Shown piece after piece: positions 11,850-19,937 of a stretch of DNA of 64,000 nucleotides. The DNA lies in NCBI RefSeq assembly GCF_965140465.1, contig NZ_OZ223238.1; one strand, written 5' to 3'. Every line of letters begins with the position of its first letter. Position 1 is the first letter of the stretch. This DNA comes from Roseibium sp. GTDB taxonomy: Bacteria; Pseudomonadota; Alphaproteobacteria; Rhizobiales; Stappiaceae. A program made the position numbers and the translations under genes. Below the pieces are notes generated by a model, which saw only the letters and a list, made by a program, of their open reading frames with translations, was not told the DNA's origin and ran no database searches.

Positions 11850-12817
11850 AAACCGACGTTTCCAACATCGACATCCCGACGCTGGAGGACATGCTTGTCG
11901 CGCATGAGCGCATCAAGCCTTACGTACACCGCACACCTGTGCTGACCTCGTCCTTTCTGAACGAACTCACGGGTGCGGAGCTGTTCTTCAAATGTGAGAA
12001 TTTCCAGAAGGCCGGTGCGTTCAAGGTGCGCGGTGCCTCCAACGCCGTGTTCGGCCTGGACGACGAAACGGCCAGGGCGGGCGTTGCCACGCACAGTTCG
12101 GGCAACCATGCCCTCAGCCTTTCCTATGCGGCCGGCCGGCGCGGCATTCCCTGCCATGTCGTCATGCCGCGCACAGCGCCGCAGGCCAAGAAAGACGCAG
12201 TTCGCGGTTATGGCGGGATCATTACCGAATGCGAACCCTCAACGTCGAGCCGTGAGGCGGTCTTCGCCGAGGTCCAGGCCGAAACCGGTGCAGAATTCGT
12301 GCATCCCTACAACGATCCGCGCGTCATTGCCGGACAGGGCACCTGCTCGAAGGAACTGATGGAACAGACAGACGGCCTTGATGCCGTGATTGCCCCTATC
12401 GGTGGCGGCGGCATGGTTTCAGGCACTTGCCTGACTTTGTCCAACCTGGCGCCTGAGGTGAAGATATATGCAGCCGAGCCCGAGCAGGCCGACGATGCAG
12501 CGCGCAGCTTTCGGGCCGGGCATATCATTGCCGATGATGCTCCGGTGACGGTTGCAGACGGGCTGAAGGTTCCGCTGAAGGATTTGACGTGGCACTTCGT
12601 TTCGAACCACGTCACCGACATCCTGACGGCCTCGGATCCCGAAATCATCGATGCCATGCGCCTGATCTGGGCGCGCATGAATATCGTGATGGAACCGTCC
12701 TCCGCCGTACCACTGGCCACACTTCTGAAAAACAAGGACACTTTCAAAGGCAAACGCGTCGGCGTGATCGTGACGGGCGGCAATGTCGACCTGAACAAAC
12801 TGCCCTGGACCCTTTGA
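11846..12817 (+). CDS. bhcB: PLP-dependent serine/threonine-dehydratase-fold enzyme, beta-hydroxyaspartate dehydratase BhcB-like
   Basis: 323-aa ORF. FKCENFQKAGAFKVRGASNAV contains the PLP lysine motif, and GGGGMVSG is the glycine loop. The GTG start overlaps the bhcA stop (GTGA), and AAGGAG lies 6 nt upstream. Confidence 0.85.
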   Translation: MKTDVSNIDIPTLEDMLVAHERIKPYVHRTPVLTSSFLNELTGAELFFKCENFQKAGAFKVRGASNAVFGLDDETARAGVATHSSGNHALSLSYAAGRRGIPCHVVMPRTAPQAKKDAVRGYGGIITECEPSTSSREAVFAEVQAETGAEFVHPYNDPRVIAGQGTCSKELMEQTDGLDAVIAPIGGGGMVSGTCLTLSNLAPEVKIYAAEPEQADDAARSFRAGHIIADDAPVTVADGLKVPLKDLTWHFVSNHVTDILTASDPEIIDAMRLIWARMNIVMEPSSAVPLATLLKNKDTFKGKRVGVIVTGGNVDLNKLPWTL

Positions 12818-12838
12818 ACGATTACCGGAGACAAACCA

Positions 12839-14002
12839 ATGAATGCACTGACCGGATTTGAAAAACTCGAAGTTGGCTATGACGTCCCGGCAATCCCGGG
12901 CATGGACGAGGCCGACATCCAGACCCCCTGCCTGGTGCTCGATCTGGACGCACTGGAACGGAACATCAAGAAGATGGGCGACTATGCCAAGGCGCATGGC
13001 ATGCGTCACAGGGTGCATGGCAAGATGCACAAGTCCGTCGATGTCGCCAAGCTGCAGGAACGGCTTGGTGGTGCCGTTGGCGTCTGCTGCCAGAAGGTAA
13101 GCGAAGCGGAAGTGTTCGCGCGCGGCGGTATCAAGGACGTGCTGGTCTCCAATCAGGTGCGTGACCCGGCCAAGATCGATCGGCTGGCACGGCTGCCGAA
13201 ATTCGGTGCCCGCACCATTGTCTGTGTCGATGACGTTTCCAATGTCGCCGACTTGTCGGCAGCTGCCCAAAGACACGGCACGGAACTGGAAGTCTTTGTC
13301 GAGATCGATTGCGGTGCCGGGCGCTGCGGGGTGACGACAACTGAAGCTGTCGTCGAAATCGCGAAAGCCGCAGACGACGCGGAGAACCTCAAGTTCACCG
13401 GCATTCAGGCCTACCAGGGCGCCATGCAGCATCTCGACAGTTACGAGGCTCGCAAGGAAAAACTGGATATCGCCATCGCGATGGTGAAAGACGCCGTTGA
13501 GGGCCTCAAGGCTGCAGGTCTCGAGCCGGAGCTCGTTTCGGGTGGCGGAACCGGGTCCTACTATTTTGAGTCCAATTCCGGCGTCTACAACGAACTGCAA
13601 TGCGGCTCCTACGCCTTCATGGATGCCGACTATGGCCGGATCCTCGACAAGGATGGCAACCGCATCGACCAGGGCGAATGGGACAACGCCTTCTTCATTC
13701 TGACCCAGGTGATGAGCCACGCAAAGGCGGACAAGGCGATTTGCGATGCCGGTCTCAAGGCCCAGTCCGTCGATAGCGGTCTGCCCTTCATCTATGGCCG
13801 CAACGACGTTGAATACGTCAAGTGTTCCGATGAGCACGGTGTCATATCCGATCCTGACGGCGTCCTGAAGGTCGGCGAGAAACTGAAGCTCGTTCCCGGT
13901 CACTGTGACCCGACCGCCAATGTGCACGACTGGTATGTCGGTGTGCGCGGCGGCAAGGTCGAAACCGTCTGGCCGGTCTCCGCACGCGGCAAGGCCTACT
14001 GA
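12839..14002 (+). CDS. bhcC: Alanine-racemase-N-fold / D-threonine-aldolase-like enzyme, beta-hydroxyaspartate aldolase BhcC-like
   Basis: 387-aa ORF with QTPCLVLDLDALERNIKKM...HRVHGKMHKS (the PLP lysine region of DSD1/D-threonine aldolase-type enzymes) and a C-terminal VPGHCDPT motif. Confidence 0.85.
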   Translation: MNALTGFEKLEVGYDVPAIPGMDEADIQTPCLVLDLDALERNIKKMGDYAKAHGMRHRVHGKMHKSVDVAKLQERLGGAVGVCCQKVSEAEVFARGGIKDVLVSNQVRDPAKIDRLARLPKFGARTIVCVDDVSNVADLSAAAQRHGTELEVFVEIDCGAGRCGVTTTEAVVEIAKAADDAENLKFTGIQAYQGAMQHLDSYEARKEKLDIAIAMVKDAVEGLKAAGLEPELVSGGGTGSYYFESNSGVYNELQCGSYAFMDADYGRILDKDGNRIDQGEWDNAFFILTQVMSHAKADKAICDAGLKAQSVDSGLPFIYGRNDVEYVKCSDEHGVISDPDGVLKVGEKLKLVPGHCDPTANVHDWYVGVRGGKVETVWPVSARGKAY

Positions 14003-14027
14003 TCCCCACCCGTTTGTTGCCCCACTT

Positions 14028-14061
14028 GGCAAAGTCCTGCACGGGCTTTGCCTCTTTTTTT
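14028..14061 (+). terminator. Intrinsic-terminator-like hairpin plus T-run between bhcC and bhcD
   Basis: GGCAAAG-(11 nt)-CTTTGCC followed directly by TCTTTTTTT. The T-run abuts the GGAGA RBS of bhcD. Confidence 0.45.
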
Positions 14062-14071
14062 GGAGATCTCC

Positions 14072-15037
14072 ATGATCATTGTTCCTGAAAAGGAAATCGC
14101 AGGCCTGATTGGACGTGCCGAAGCGTTCGACGCCGTGGAAAACGTCTTTGCCGCGATGTCGAGCGGTGCGGCCTATAACTTTCCGGTCATCCGCGAAGCC
14201 ATCGGTCATGCCGATGCACTTTACGGCTTCAAATCGGGTTTCGACCGCTCGTCCCTGGCGCTTGGCCTGAAGTCCGGCGGCTACTGGCCGGGCAATGCCG
14301 ACAAGGGCCTGACAAACCATCAATCAACCGTCTTCCTGTTCGATGCAGACACCGGCCAGGCGAAAGCGGTCGTCGGAGGCAATCTTCTGACCGCCCTGCG
14401 CACGGCCGCAGCTTCTGCCGTATCCATCAAGCATCTCGCCCGCAAGGACGCTAAGGTGCTCGGCATGATCGGTGCGGGACACCAGTCCGCCTTCCAGATG
14501 CGTGCTGCTGTCGAACAGCGTAACTTCGAGAAGATCATCGGCTGGAATTTCCACCCCGAAATGCTGTCCAGGCTGGAGGAAACTGCCAGTGAACTCGGCC
14601 TTCCCTATGAATCGGTCGACCTGGACCGGATGGGCGCCGAAGCCGATGTCATCATCTCGATCACCTCGAGCTTTGACCCGATCCTGATGGCAGGCCAGGT
14701 CACCGAAGGCACGCACATTGCCTGCATGGGCACCGACACCAAAGGCAAACAGGAGGTCGACGCCGAGCTCGTGGCGACGGCGACGCTGTTCACGGACGAG
14801 GTCGCCCAGTCGGCGACAATTGGCGAATGCCAGCATGCCGTTGCCAGCGGAATTGTCTCTAGGGACAATATAAATGAGATCGGCGCCGTCATTAATGGTA
14901 CACATCCCGGCAGGACCTCGGAAAGCGAGATCACGCTTTTCGACGGCACCGGCGTCGGCCTTCAGGATCTTGCCGTTGCTTCTGCAGCAGTTGATCTGGC
15001 GGTTCGGAAGGGCGTCGCACTCCAAGTGGATTTCTGA
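14072..15037 (+). CDS. bhcD: Ornithine cyclodeaminase/mu-crystallin family, iminosuccinate reductase BhcD-like
   Basis: I trimmed the track ORF to ATG 14072, which follows GGAGA. The sequence shows an OCD/mu-crystallin pattern (LTALRTAAASAVSIKHLA, GMIGAGHQSAFQ Rossmann loop). Confidence 0.85.
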   Translation: MIIVPEKEIAGLIGRAEAFDAVENVFAAMSSGAAYNFPVIREAIGHADALYGFKSGFDRSSLALGLKSGGYWPGNADKGLTNHQSTVFLFDADTGQAKAVVGGNLLTALRTAAASAVSIKHLARKDAKVLGMIGAGHQSAFQMRAAVEQRNFEKIIGWNFHPEMLSRLEETASELGLPYESVDLDRMGAEADVIISITSSFDPILMAGQVTEGTHIACMGTDTKGKQEVDAELVATATLFTDEVAQSATIGECQHAVASGIVSRDNINEIGAVINGTHPGRTSESEITLFDGTGVGLQDLAVASAAVDLAVRKGVALQVDF

Positions 15038-15059
15038 GACCTCGCACGGAACCGGGGAC

Positions 15060-16043
15060 ATGAAGATCGTCATCAACGGGTTCGGCCGTATCGGCCGGAC
15101 CGTTTTGCGACAGGTATTGGCTTTGCCTGAACACCAGGCCGTCGAAGTGGTGCGGATCAACGACATCGCACCCCTGGAAACCTGCGCGTATCTCTTCCAG
15201 TACGACAGTGTGTTCGGTCCCTATCCCGGGCAGGTGTCCTCCGGCCCGGACAGCCTGACCGTGGATGGCCGGGTCATTCCCTTTTCGGCGGCACCTGATC
15301 TTTCCACGCTTGATCTGTCCGATGTCGATGTCGTAATGGAATGCACAGGCAAGGCAGACACTGTGGAAGTTGCCGAGCGCGGATTGAAGGCGGGTGCCAC
15401 CAATGTCCTGATCTCAGGCCCCTCGGCCGCAGCCGACATCACCCTGGTCATCGGGGCAAACGAGGAAAAACTCGGAGACTTCCGCATCGTCTCCAATGGC
15501 TCGTGCACCACCAATGCGCTTGCACCCCTGTTGCGCGGCCTGGACGATGCCATCGGCGTCAAAAGCGGCCACATGACAACGATCCATTGCTATACCGGCA
15601 GCCAGCCGATGGTGGATGCCCCGCGCGGTCCGCTGGAACGCAGCCGCGCCGGCGGTGTTTCCATGGTGCCAACAACGACCAGCGCCACCAAACTCGTTGG
15701 TGTCGTGCTGCCTCAGCTCGCAGGCAGGGTCAGCGGTGCCGCTGTTCGTGTTCCGACGATCAGCGTTTCAGCCGTGGATCTGACGGTCACGCTGGCAGAA
15801 CCGGTCGAAGCCCCCTTCAACAATCGGCTTCTGGAGATTTTCAGAGACAATCCGGTGATCGGGTTCGTCAAAGACCGTGTGGTCTCGACCGATATGCGCA
15901 CCCGCCCGGAATCCCTTGTTCTTCACCTGCCCGAAACCCTGGAAGCAAATGCGCATCAGGTCCGTCTCTTCGGCTGGTATGACAATGAATGGGGCTTTTC
16001 CGCCCGCATGATCGACATGGCCCGGCTGATGGCGGCGCGGTAA
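15060..16043 (+). CDS. Divergent glyceraldehyde-3-phosphate-dehydrogenase-family protein (GAPDH/E4PDH-like paralog)
   Basis: I trimmed the track ORF to ATG 15060. Motifs present are MKIVINGFGRIGR, the catalytic SNGSCTTNALAP and WYDNEWGF. It carries the non-canonical TIHCYTGSQ where I expect TVHAYT.DQ. The gene starts 22 bp after bhcD on the same strand. Confidence 0.8.
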   Translation: MKIVINGFGRIGRTVLRQVLALPEHQAVEVVRINDIAPLETCAYLFQYDSVFGPYPGQVSSGPDSLTVDGRVIPFSAAPDLSTLDLSDVDVVMECTGKADTVEVAERGLKAGATNVLISGPSAAADITLVIGANEEKLGDFRIVSNGSCTTNALAPLLRGLDDAIGVKSGHMTTIHCYTGSQPMVDAPRGPLERSRAGGVSMVPTTTSATKLVGVVLPQLAGRVSGAAVRVPTISVSAVDLTVTLAEPVEAPFNNRLLEIFRDNPVIGFVKDRVVSTDMRTRPESLVLHLPETLEANAHQVRLFGWYDNEWGFSARMIDMARLMAAR

Positions 16044-16109
16044 ACCAAACACTTTCGGTTTTTCAATTACCGACGATATCTGCCAGCAAGACAGCTCAGC
16101 AAACTCCGT

Positions 16110-16134
16110 GTCATCCCCGACTTGATCGGGGATC
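16110..16134 (+). repeat. REP-like palindromic element type 1 (GTCATCCCCGACTTGATCGGGGATC)
   Basis: 8-bp stem ATCCCCGA/TCGGGGAT with loop CTTGA. The exact reverse complement recurs at 16250-16274 and 27600-27624. Confidence 0.85.
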
Positions 16135-16249
16135 CACACCTGCCGCCCTTCAACATGTCCAGCGCTTTGAGAACGGACGGGGCATGGATTGCAGGGTCGA
16201 GCATTACCCTGTCTAAATCCTCCAATTGTTCCAAATCACAAAACAAATA

Positions 16250-16274
16250 GATCCCCGATCAAGTCGGGGATGAC
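16250..16274 (-). repeat. REP-like element type 1, inverted copy
   Basis: GATCCCCGATCAAGTCGGGGATGAC is the exact reverse complement of 16110-16134 and is identical to 27600-27624. Confidence 0.85.
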
Positions 16275-16344
16275 CGCTGGGGGGGGGCGTCAAACAAGCA
16301 CGGCTGTCAGCTTATCCAAAAACCCGTCCCCATCATCCGGTTAG

Positions 16345-16363
16345 CCCATGGCTTGACCATGGG
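16345..16363 (+). repeat. REP-like element type 2 (CCCATGGCTTGACCATGGG)
   Basis: 7-bp stem CCCATGG/CCATGGG with the same CTTGA loop. An identical 19-mer sits at 27661-27679, and both copies are followed by a similar sequence (GATCCATGCCAG here, ACCCGTGCCAG there). Confidence 0.8.
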
Positions 16364-16422
16364 ATCCATGCCAGTCGCTTTACACCGCGCTTCGGATTCT
16401 TTGGCGCGGTCGCGGCCGGATT

Positions 16423-16434
16423 ATCGGGGATGAC
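16423..16434 (-). repeat. Half-copy of the type 1 element (ATCGGGGATGAC)
   Basis: Matches only the right arm plus flank of the type 1 element. Confidence 0.5.
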
Positions 16435-16450
16435 CACGGGGAGTGCTTTC

Positions 16451-16478
16451 ACAACAAAAAGGGCCGCGACTGCGGCCC
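16451..16478 (-). terminator. Rho-independent terminator of the permease/allA/puuE operon
   Basis: GGGCCGC-GACT-GCGGCCC. On the minus strand it is followed by TTTTTGTTGT. It lies 27 nt downstream of the permease stop. Confidence 0.7.
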
Positions 16479-16504
16479 TTTCCGTTTACGCATTCACCTG
16501 TTGA

Positions 16505-17941
16505 TCAGGCGCTTTCCTCTTTCGGCAGCGAGCCATGTCCGTGACCTGCCATGCCGCCGGAGACCTCTTCGGTGGATTCACTTGAAAGCTCCTCCGGGAG
16601 AATGAGGTTCAGCACGATGGCGAGCAGAGCCGCCGGGAGCAGACCGCTGGTCAGCAGGACGCGGGCCGTGTCAGGCACGTGCTGAAGCGCACCGGGTTCC
16701 AAATGCAGGCCGAGACCGATGGACAGCGAGATCGCGAAGATCACCATGTTGCGCCGGTTCCAGTTGACGTCCGACAGCATGGAGACACCTGCCGCAACGA
16801 CCATGCCGAACATGACGATTACACCGCCACCGAGCACCTCGATCGGCACCGTGCGGATAACGCTGCCCACTTTCGGGATCAGTCCGCAGATGATCAGGAA
16901 GATCGCACCGAAGGTGACGACGTGACGGCTCATGACGCCGGTCATGGCAATCAGGCCGACATTCTGGCTGAAGGACGTGTTGGGCAGTCCGCCGAAGAAG
17001 CCGGCAATTGCGGACCCGACACCGTCGGCATAGGTCGCACCGGCGATTTCCTTGTCGGTTGCTTCACGCCCGGCACCGCCCTTGGTGACACCGGAGACAT
17101 CGCCCACGGTCTCGACAGCTGAGACAAAGGCCATCAGGCAGAAACCGATGACAGCGGCCAGCGAGAACTCGAAGCCGTATTTGAACGGCTGCGGCAAGGC
17201 GAAAGCAGCTGCATTCGACCAGGAGCCGGCAATGGCGTCGAAGGTCAGCATGCCGGTCAGAAGCGCGAAGATGTACCCCGCGATCAGGCCGATCAGAACG
17301 GCGGCGACCGAGAGCATGCCCTTTGCGAAGAACTTCAGGCCGAGCGTCACGACAATCACGACAAGCGCTGCGGTCCAATTCAACAGCGACCCGTATTCAG
17401 GTTTGCCGATAGCCGGCACGCCACCGGCCGCATACTGAATACCGACCTTTACCAGGGCCAGACCGATCATGGTCACGACAAGACCGGTGACAAGCGGCGG
17501 CAGAGCGAAACGAATGCGCCCGATGAAGAGACCAAGTACGGCATGGAAAATGCCTCCGATGATCACACCGCCGAAGAGTGCCGCCAGCCCGTCAACGCCT
17601 TTTCCGGCAACGATCGGGATCATGATCGGCAGGAACGCGAAGCTCGTGCCCTGCACGATCGGCAGGCCCGAACCGACCGGTCCGAGGGTCAGTGTCTGCA
17701 AAAGCGTCGCGATGCCCGCGAACACCATCGACATCTGGATGAGGTAGAGCAACTCGGGGAAATCCGGCGAGTTTGAACCGAAACCGAAGCCGGCTGCCTG
17801 TGCGACGATAATTGCCGGAGTGACGTTGGAGACGAACATCGCCAGAACGTGCTGGATCCCGAGCGGGATCGCTTTGGCCAAAGGGGGGGTGTAATTGGGA
17901 TCGCGCAGCTGCTCTGCGGTCCCGATCGTCGAGCTATCCAT
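16505..17941 (-). CDS. NCS2-family nucleobase:cation symporter (xanthine/uric acid permease-like)
   Basis: NCS2 signatures QGTSFAFLP and PNTSFSQNVGLIAMTGV, with about 13 hydrophobic segments. I moved the start to ATG 17941 (MDSSTIG), which is preceded by GAGGAG at a 5-nt spacing; the track uses TTG 17962. Confidence 0.85.
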   Translation of the reverse strand: MDSSTIGTAEQLRDPNYTPPLAKAIPLGIQHVLAMFVSNVTPAIIVAQAAGFGFGSNSPDFPELLYLIQMSMVFAGIATLLQTLTLGPVGSGLPIVQGTSFAFLPIMIPIVAGKGVDGLAALFGGVIIGGIFHAVLGLFIGRIRFALPPLVTGLVVTMIGLALVKVGIQYAAGGVPAIGKPEYGSLLNWTAALVVIVVTLGLKFFAKGMLSVAAVLIGLIAGYIFALLTGMLTFDAIAGSWSNAAAFALPQPFKYGFEFSLAAVIGFCLMAFVSAVETVGDVSGVTKGGAGREATDKEIAGATYADGVGSAIAGFFGGLPNTSFSQNVGLIAMTGVMSRHVVTFGAIFLIICGLIPKVGSVIRTVPIEVLGGGVIVMFGMVVAAGVSMLSDVNWNRRNMVIFAISLSIGLGLHLEPGALQHVPDTARVLLTSGLLPAALLAIVLNLILPEELSSESTEEVSGGMAGHGHGSLPKEESA

Positions 17942-18018
17942 AACTACTCCTCTGAAGGTCAAGAGGATGTTCCCGCCTCGTTTGGTGGGCCGGAATCATC
18001 CGAAGGTGGAGATGCGAC

Positions 18019-18525
18019 TCAGGTGTCGGTCACCTCCACAGTCCAGGGGTCGGAGAACCAATGTTCCTCAAGATTGGTTCCATCCCCGATCCGGTCCACG
18101 ACGACAAAGCGGCCTGCCTTGTCGAGGGGTGCCAGAACGCCATGCCAGGTGCCGCGATGCAGGTTGATCGACTGACCCGGCTGGCTGATGAAGGCTTTCA
18201 GGTTGACCGGTTTCCCGTCCCGGTCATCGGCGACGATGACCAGCATGGGAACCCCGTCGACCGGGATGAAAGCCTGGCTTCCCTCCGGATGCCGTTCGAC
18301 CATGTCGACGACATAGGGAAGCGAGCGTGCTTCGGCCTCGAACAGGCTGATACCTGCCTGTCCGGTTCCGAAATCAAGATTGGCGCGGTCGTGAAAGCGG
18401 CCACACTTGCCCTGGTTTATGATCTTGTCCGGGCTGCCGGTATTCTCGATAACGTCGCCATAGGCGCTGAAGGCCTCGGCGTTCAGCGGTGATGGGGTGA
18501 TCGTTTTGGTGCGCACAGTGCTCAC
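18019..18525 (-). CDS. allA: Ureidoglycolate lyase (AllA family)
   Basis: Cupin-type AllA pattern (LNAEAFSAYGDVIE...INQGKCGRFHD...ERHPEGSQAFIP...NLHRGTWH). I placed the start at GTG 18525, which overlaps the upstream TGA stop (GTGA); the track uses TTG 18549. Confidence 0.85.
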   Translation of the reverse strand: MSTVRTKTITPSPLNAEAFSAYGDVIENTGSPDKIINQGKCGRFHDRANLDFGTGQAGISLFEAEARSLPYVVDMVERHPEGSQAFIPVDGVPMLVIVADDRDGKPVNLKAFISQPGQSINLHRGTWHGVLAPLDKAGRFVVVDRIGDGTNLEEHWFSDPWTVEVTDT

Positions 18526-19937
18526 GGCAAGAGATCCTTGAGCCGCCAATGCGCGATACGTTCCACCTGACGGCAGGCCTCGGTAAATTCCGTTTCGCGG
18601 TCATTGTCGATGCGCCGGTGAAACGCCTCCATGATGGACGCCTTGTTGTTGTCCCTGACAGCAATGATGAAGGGAAACCCGTGTTTCTCGACATAGGTCG
18701 TGTTGAGCCGCGTGAAGCGTTCCCGCTCCTCGTCGGTCAGGAGATCAAGGCCGGCACTTGCCTGTTCGGACGTGCTTTCTGCCGTGAGGCGGCCAGCCTG
18801 CGCCAGCTTGCCCGCCAGATCCGGGTGCGCCGTCAAAACGCCGAGCCGTTCTTCTTCGCTCGCGGAGCGGAACATGCGGCACAGGGCATTTTGAATGCCT
18901 GCCGCGCAGTCATGCGCCGGACCTAGTTCAAGATCAAAGGCCCGTTCCGCGATCCAGGGTGAATGCTCGAAAATGCTGCCGAAAGTCTCGACAAACTCCG
19001 GCTTGTCCATGCGGCTCGGTCGCAGTCCCTGTTGCGGCGGATGTTGGTCCGCCCAGTGCTGGGCAATTTCAATCCGGCGCGGACACCAGACACCTTCATG
19101 GGCCTGAATATGCGCGATGAACTTGCGCAGCGCCGCAATCTTGCCCGGGCGTCCGGCCAAACGGCAATGCAGCCCGATAGACATCATTTTTGGCGCGCCC
19201 GCCGCACCTTCCGCATAAAGCGTGTCGAAGGCATTGCGCAGGTAATTGAAGAAATCCTCGCCATCGCTCCAGCCCGGAGACACCGAGAAGCGCATGTCAT
19301 TGGCTTCGAGCGTGTAGGGAATGATCAGCTGGTCGCGAGCCCCGGTTTCAAGCCAGTAAGGCAGATCGTCGTCATAGGTGTCGGAGACATAAGCGAAACC
19401 GCCTTCTTCAGCGACCAGACGCACCGTGTTTTCAGAGCAACGCCCGGTGTACCAGCCCCGCGGACGCTCGCCGACCACCTCGGTGTGGAGACGAATTGCC
19501 TCTGCGATCGCAGCCCGCTCATCATCTTCCGCCATGTCCTTGTGTTCGATCCACTTCAGACCGTGGCTGGCGATTTCCCAGCCGGCGTCTTTCATGGCCT
19601 CGACCTGCTCGGGACTGCGGGCAAGTGCCGTCGCGACCCCATAGATTGTCAGCGGAATATCGCTTTGCGTGAACAGACGGTGGAGGCGCCAGAACCCGGC
19701 GCGTGCACCGTATTCATACATGGATTCCATGTTCCAGTGGCGCTGACCGGGCCACTGCGCGGCCCCTGGAATGTCGGACAGGAAAGCTTCGGAGGCCGCA
19801 TCGCCGTGCAGCACGCAGTTCTCACCGCCCTCTTCGTAGTTGAGAACGAATTGAACGGCGACCTTTGCACCGCCCGGCCACTGAGGGTTCGGCGGGACAG
19901 GTCCATAACCACGCAAGTTACGAGGATAGCGATTCAA
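18522..19937 (-). CDS. puuE: Fusion protein: PuuE-type allantoinase (polysaccharide-deacetylase fold) plus OHCU decarboxylase (UraD)
   Basis: 471-aa ORF. The N-terminal roughly 305 aa match the PuuE pattern (YPRNLRGYG..PP.PQWPGGAKVAVQFVLNYEEGGE). The C-terminal roughly 165 aa match the OHCU decarboxylase pattern (FVETFGSIFEHSPWIAERA...LTAHPDLAG...EQASAGLD...YVEKHGFPFIIAV). Confidence 0.85.
   Translation of the reverse strand: MNRYPRNLRGYGPVPPNPQWPGGAKVAVQFVLNYEEGGENCVLHGDAASEAFLSDIPGAAQWPGQRHWNMESMYEYGARAGFWRLHRLFTQSDIPLTIYGVATALARSPEQVEAMKDAGWEIASHGLKWIEHKDMAEDDERAAIAEAIRLHTEVVGERPRGWYTGRCSENTVRLVAEEGGFAYVSDTYDDDLPYWLETGARDQLIIPYTLEANDMRFSVSPGWSDGEDFFNYLRNAFDTLYAEGAAGAPKMMSIGLHCRLAGRPGKIAALRKFIAHIQAHEGVWCPRRIEIAQHWADQHPPQQGLRPSRMDKPEFVETFGSIFEHSPWIAERAFDLELGPAHDCAAGIQNALCRMFRSASEEERLGVLTAHPDLAGKLAQAGRLTAESTSEQASAGLDLLTDEERERFTRLNTTYVEKHGFPFIIAVRDNNKASIMEAFHRRIDNDRETEFTEACRQVERIAHWRLKDLLP

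Noticed and set aside
12419-14323. 634-aa minus-strand ORF spanning bhcB, bhcC and bhcD
   Set aside because: It is antisense to three genes that have clear family motifs. Its product is Arg/Gly/His/Asp-rich low-complexity sequence with no recognisable motif. This is a typical shadow ORF of high-GC DNA.
16279-16287. G9 homopolymer as a phase-variation switch
   Set aside because: It lies in a repeat-filled 3' intergenic region, not in a coding sequence and not between -35 and -10 elements of an obvious promoter.
16110-16434. The repeat cluster as a CRISPR array or a MITE
   Set aside because: The repeats are palindromic, in mixed orientation, irregularly spaced (115 and about 70 bp) and of two sequence types, which does not fit CRISPR. 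I see no terminal inverted repeats with target-site duplication enclosing a unit, so I did not call a MITE either.
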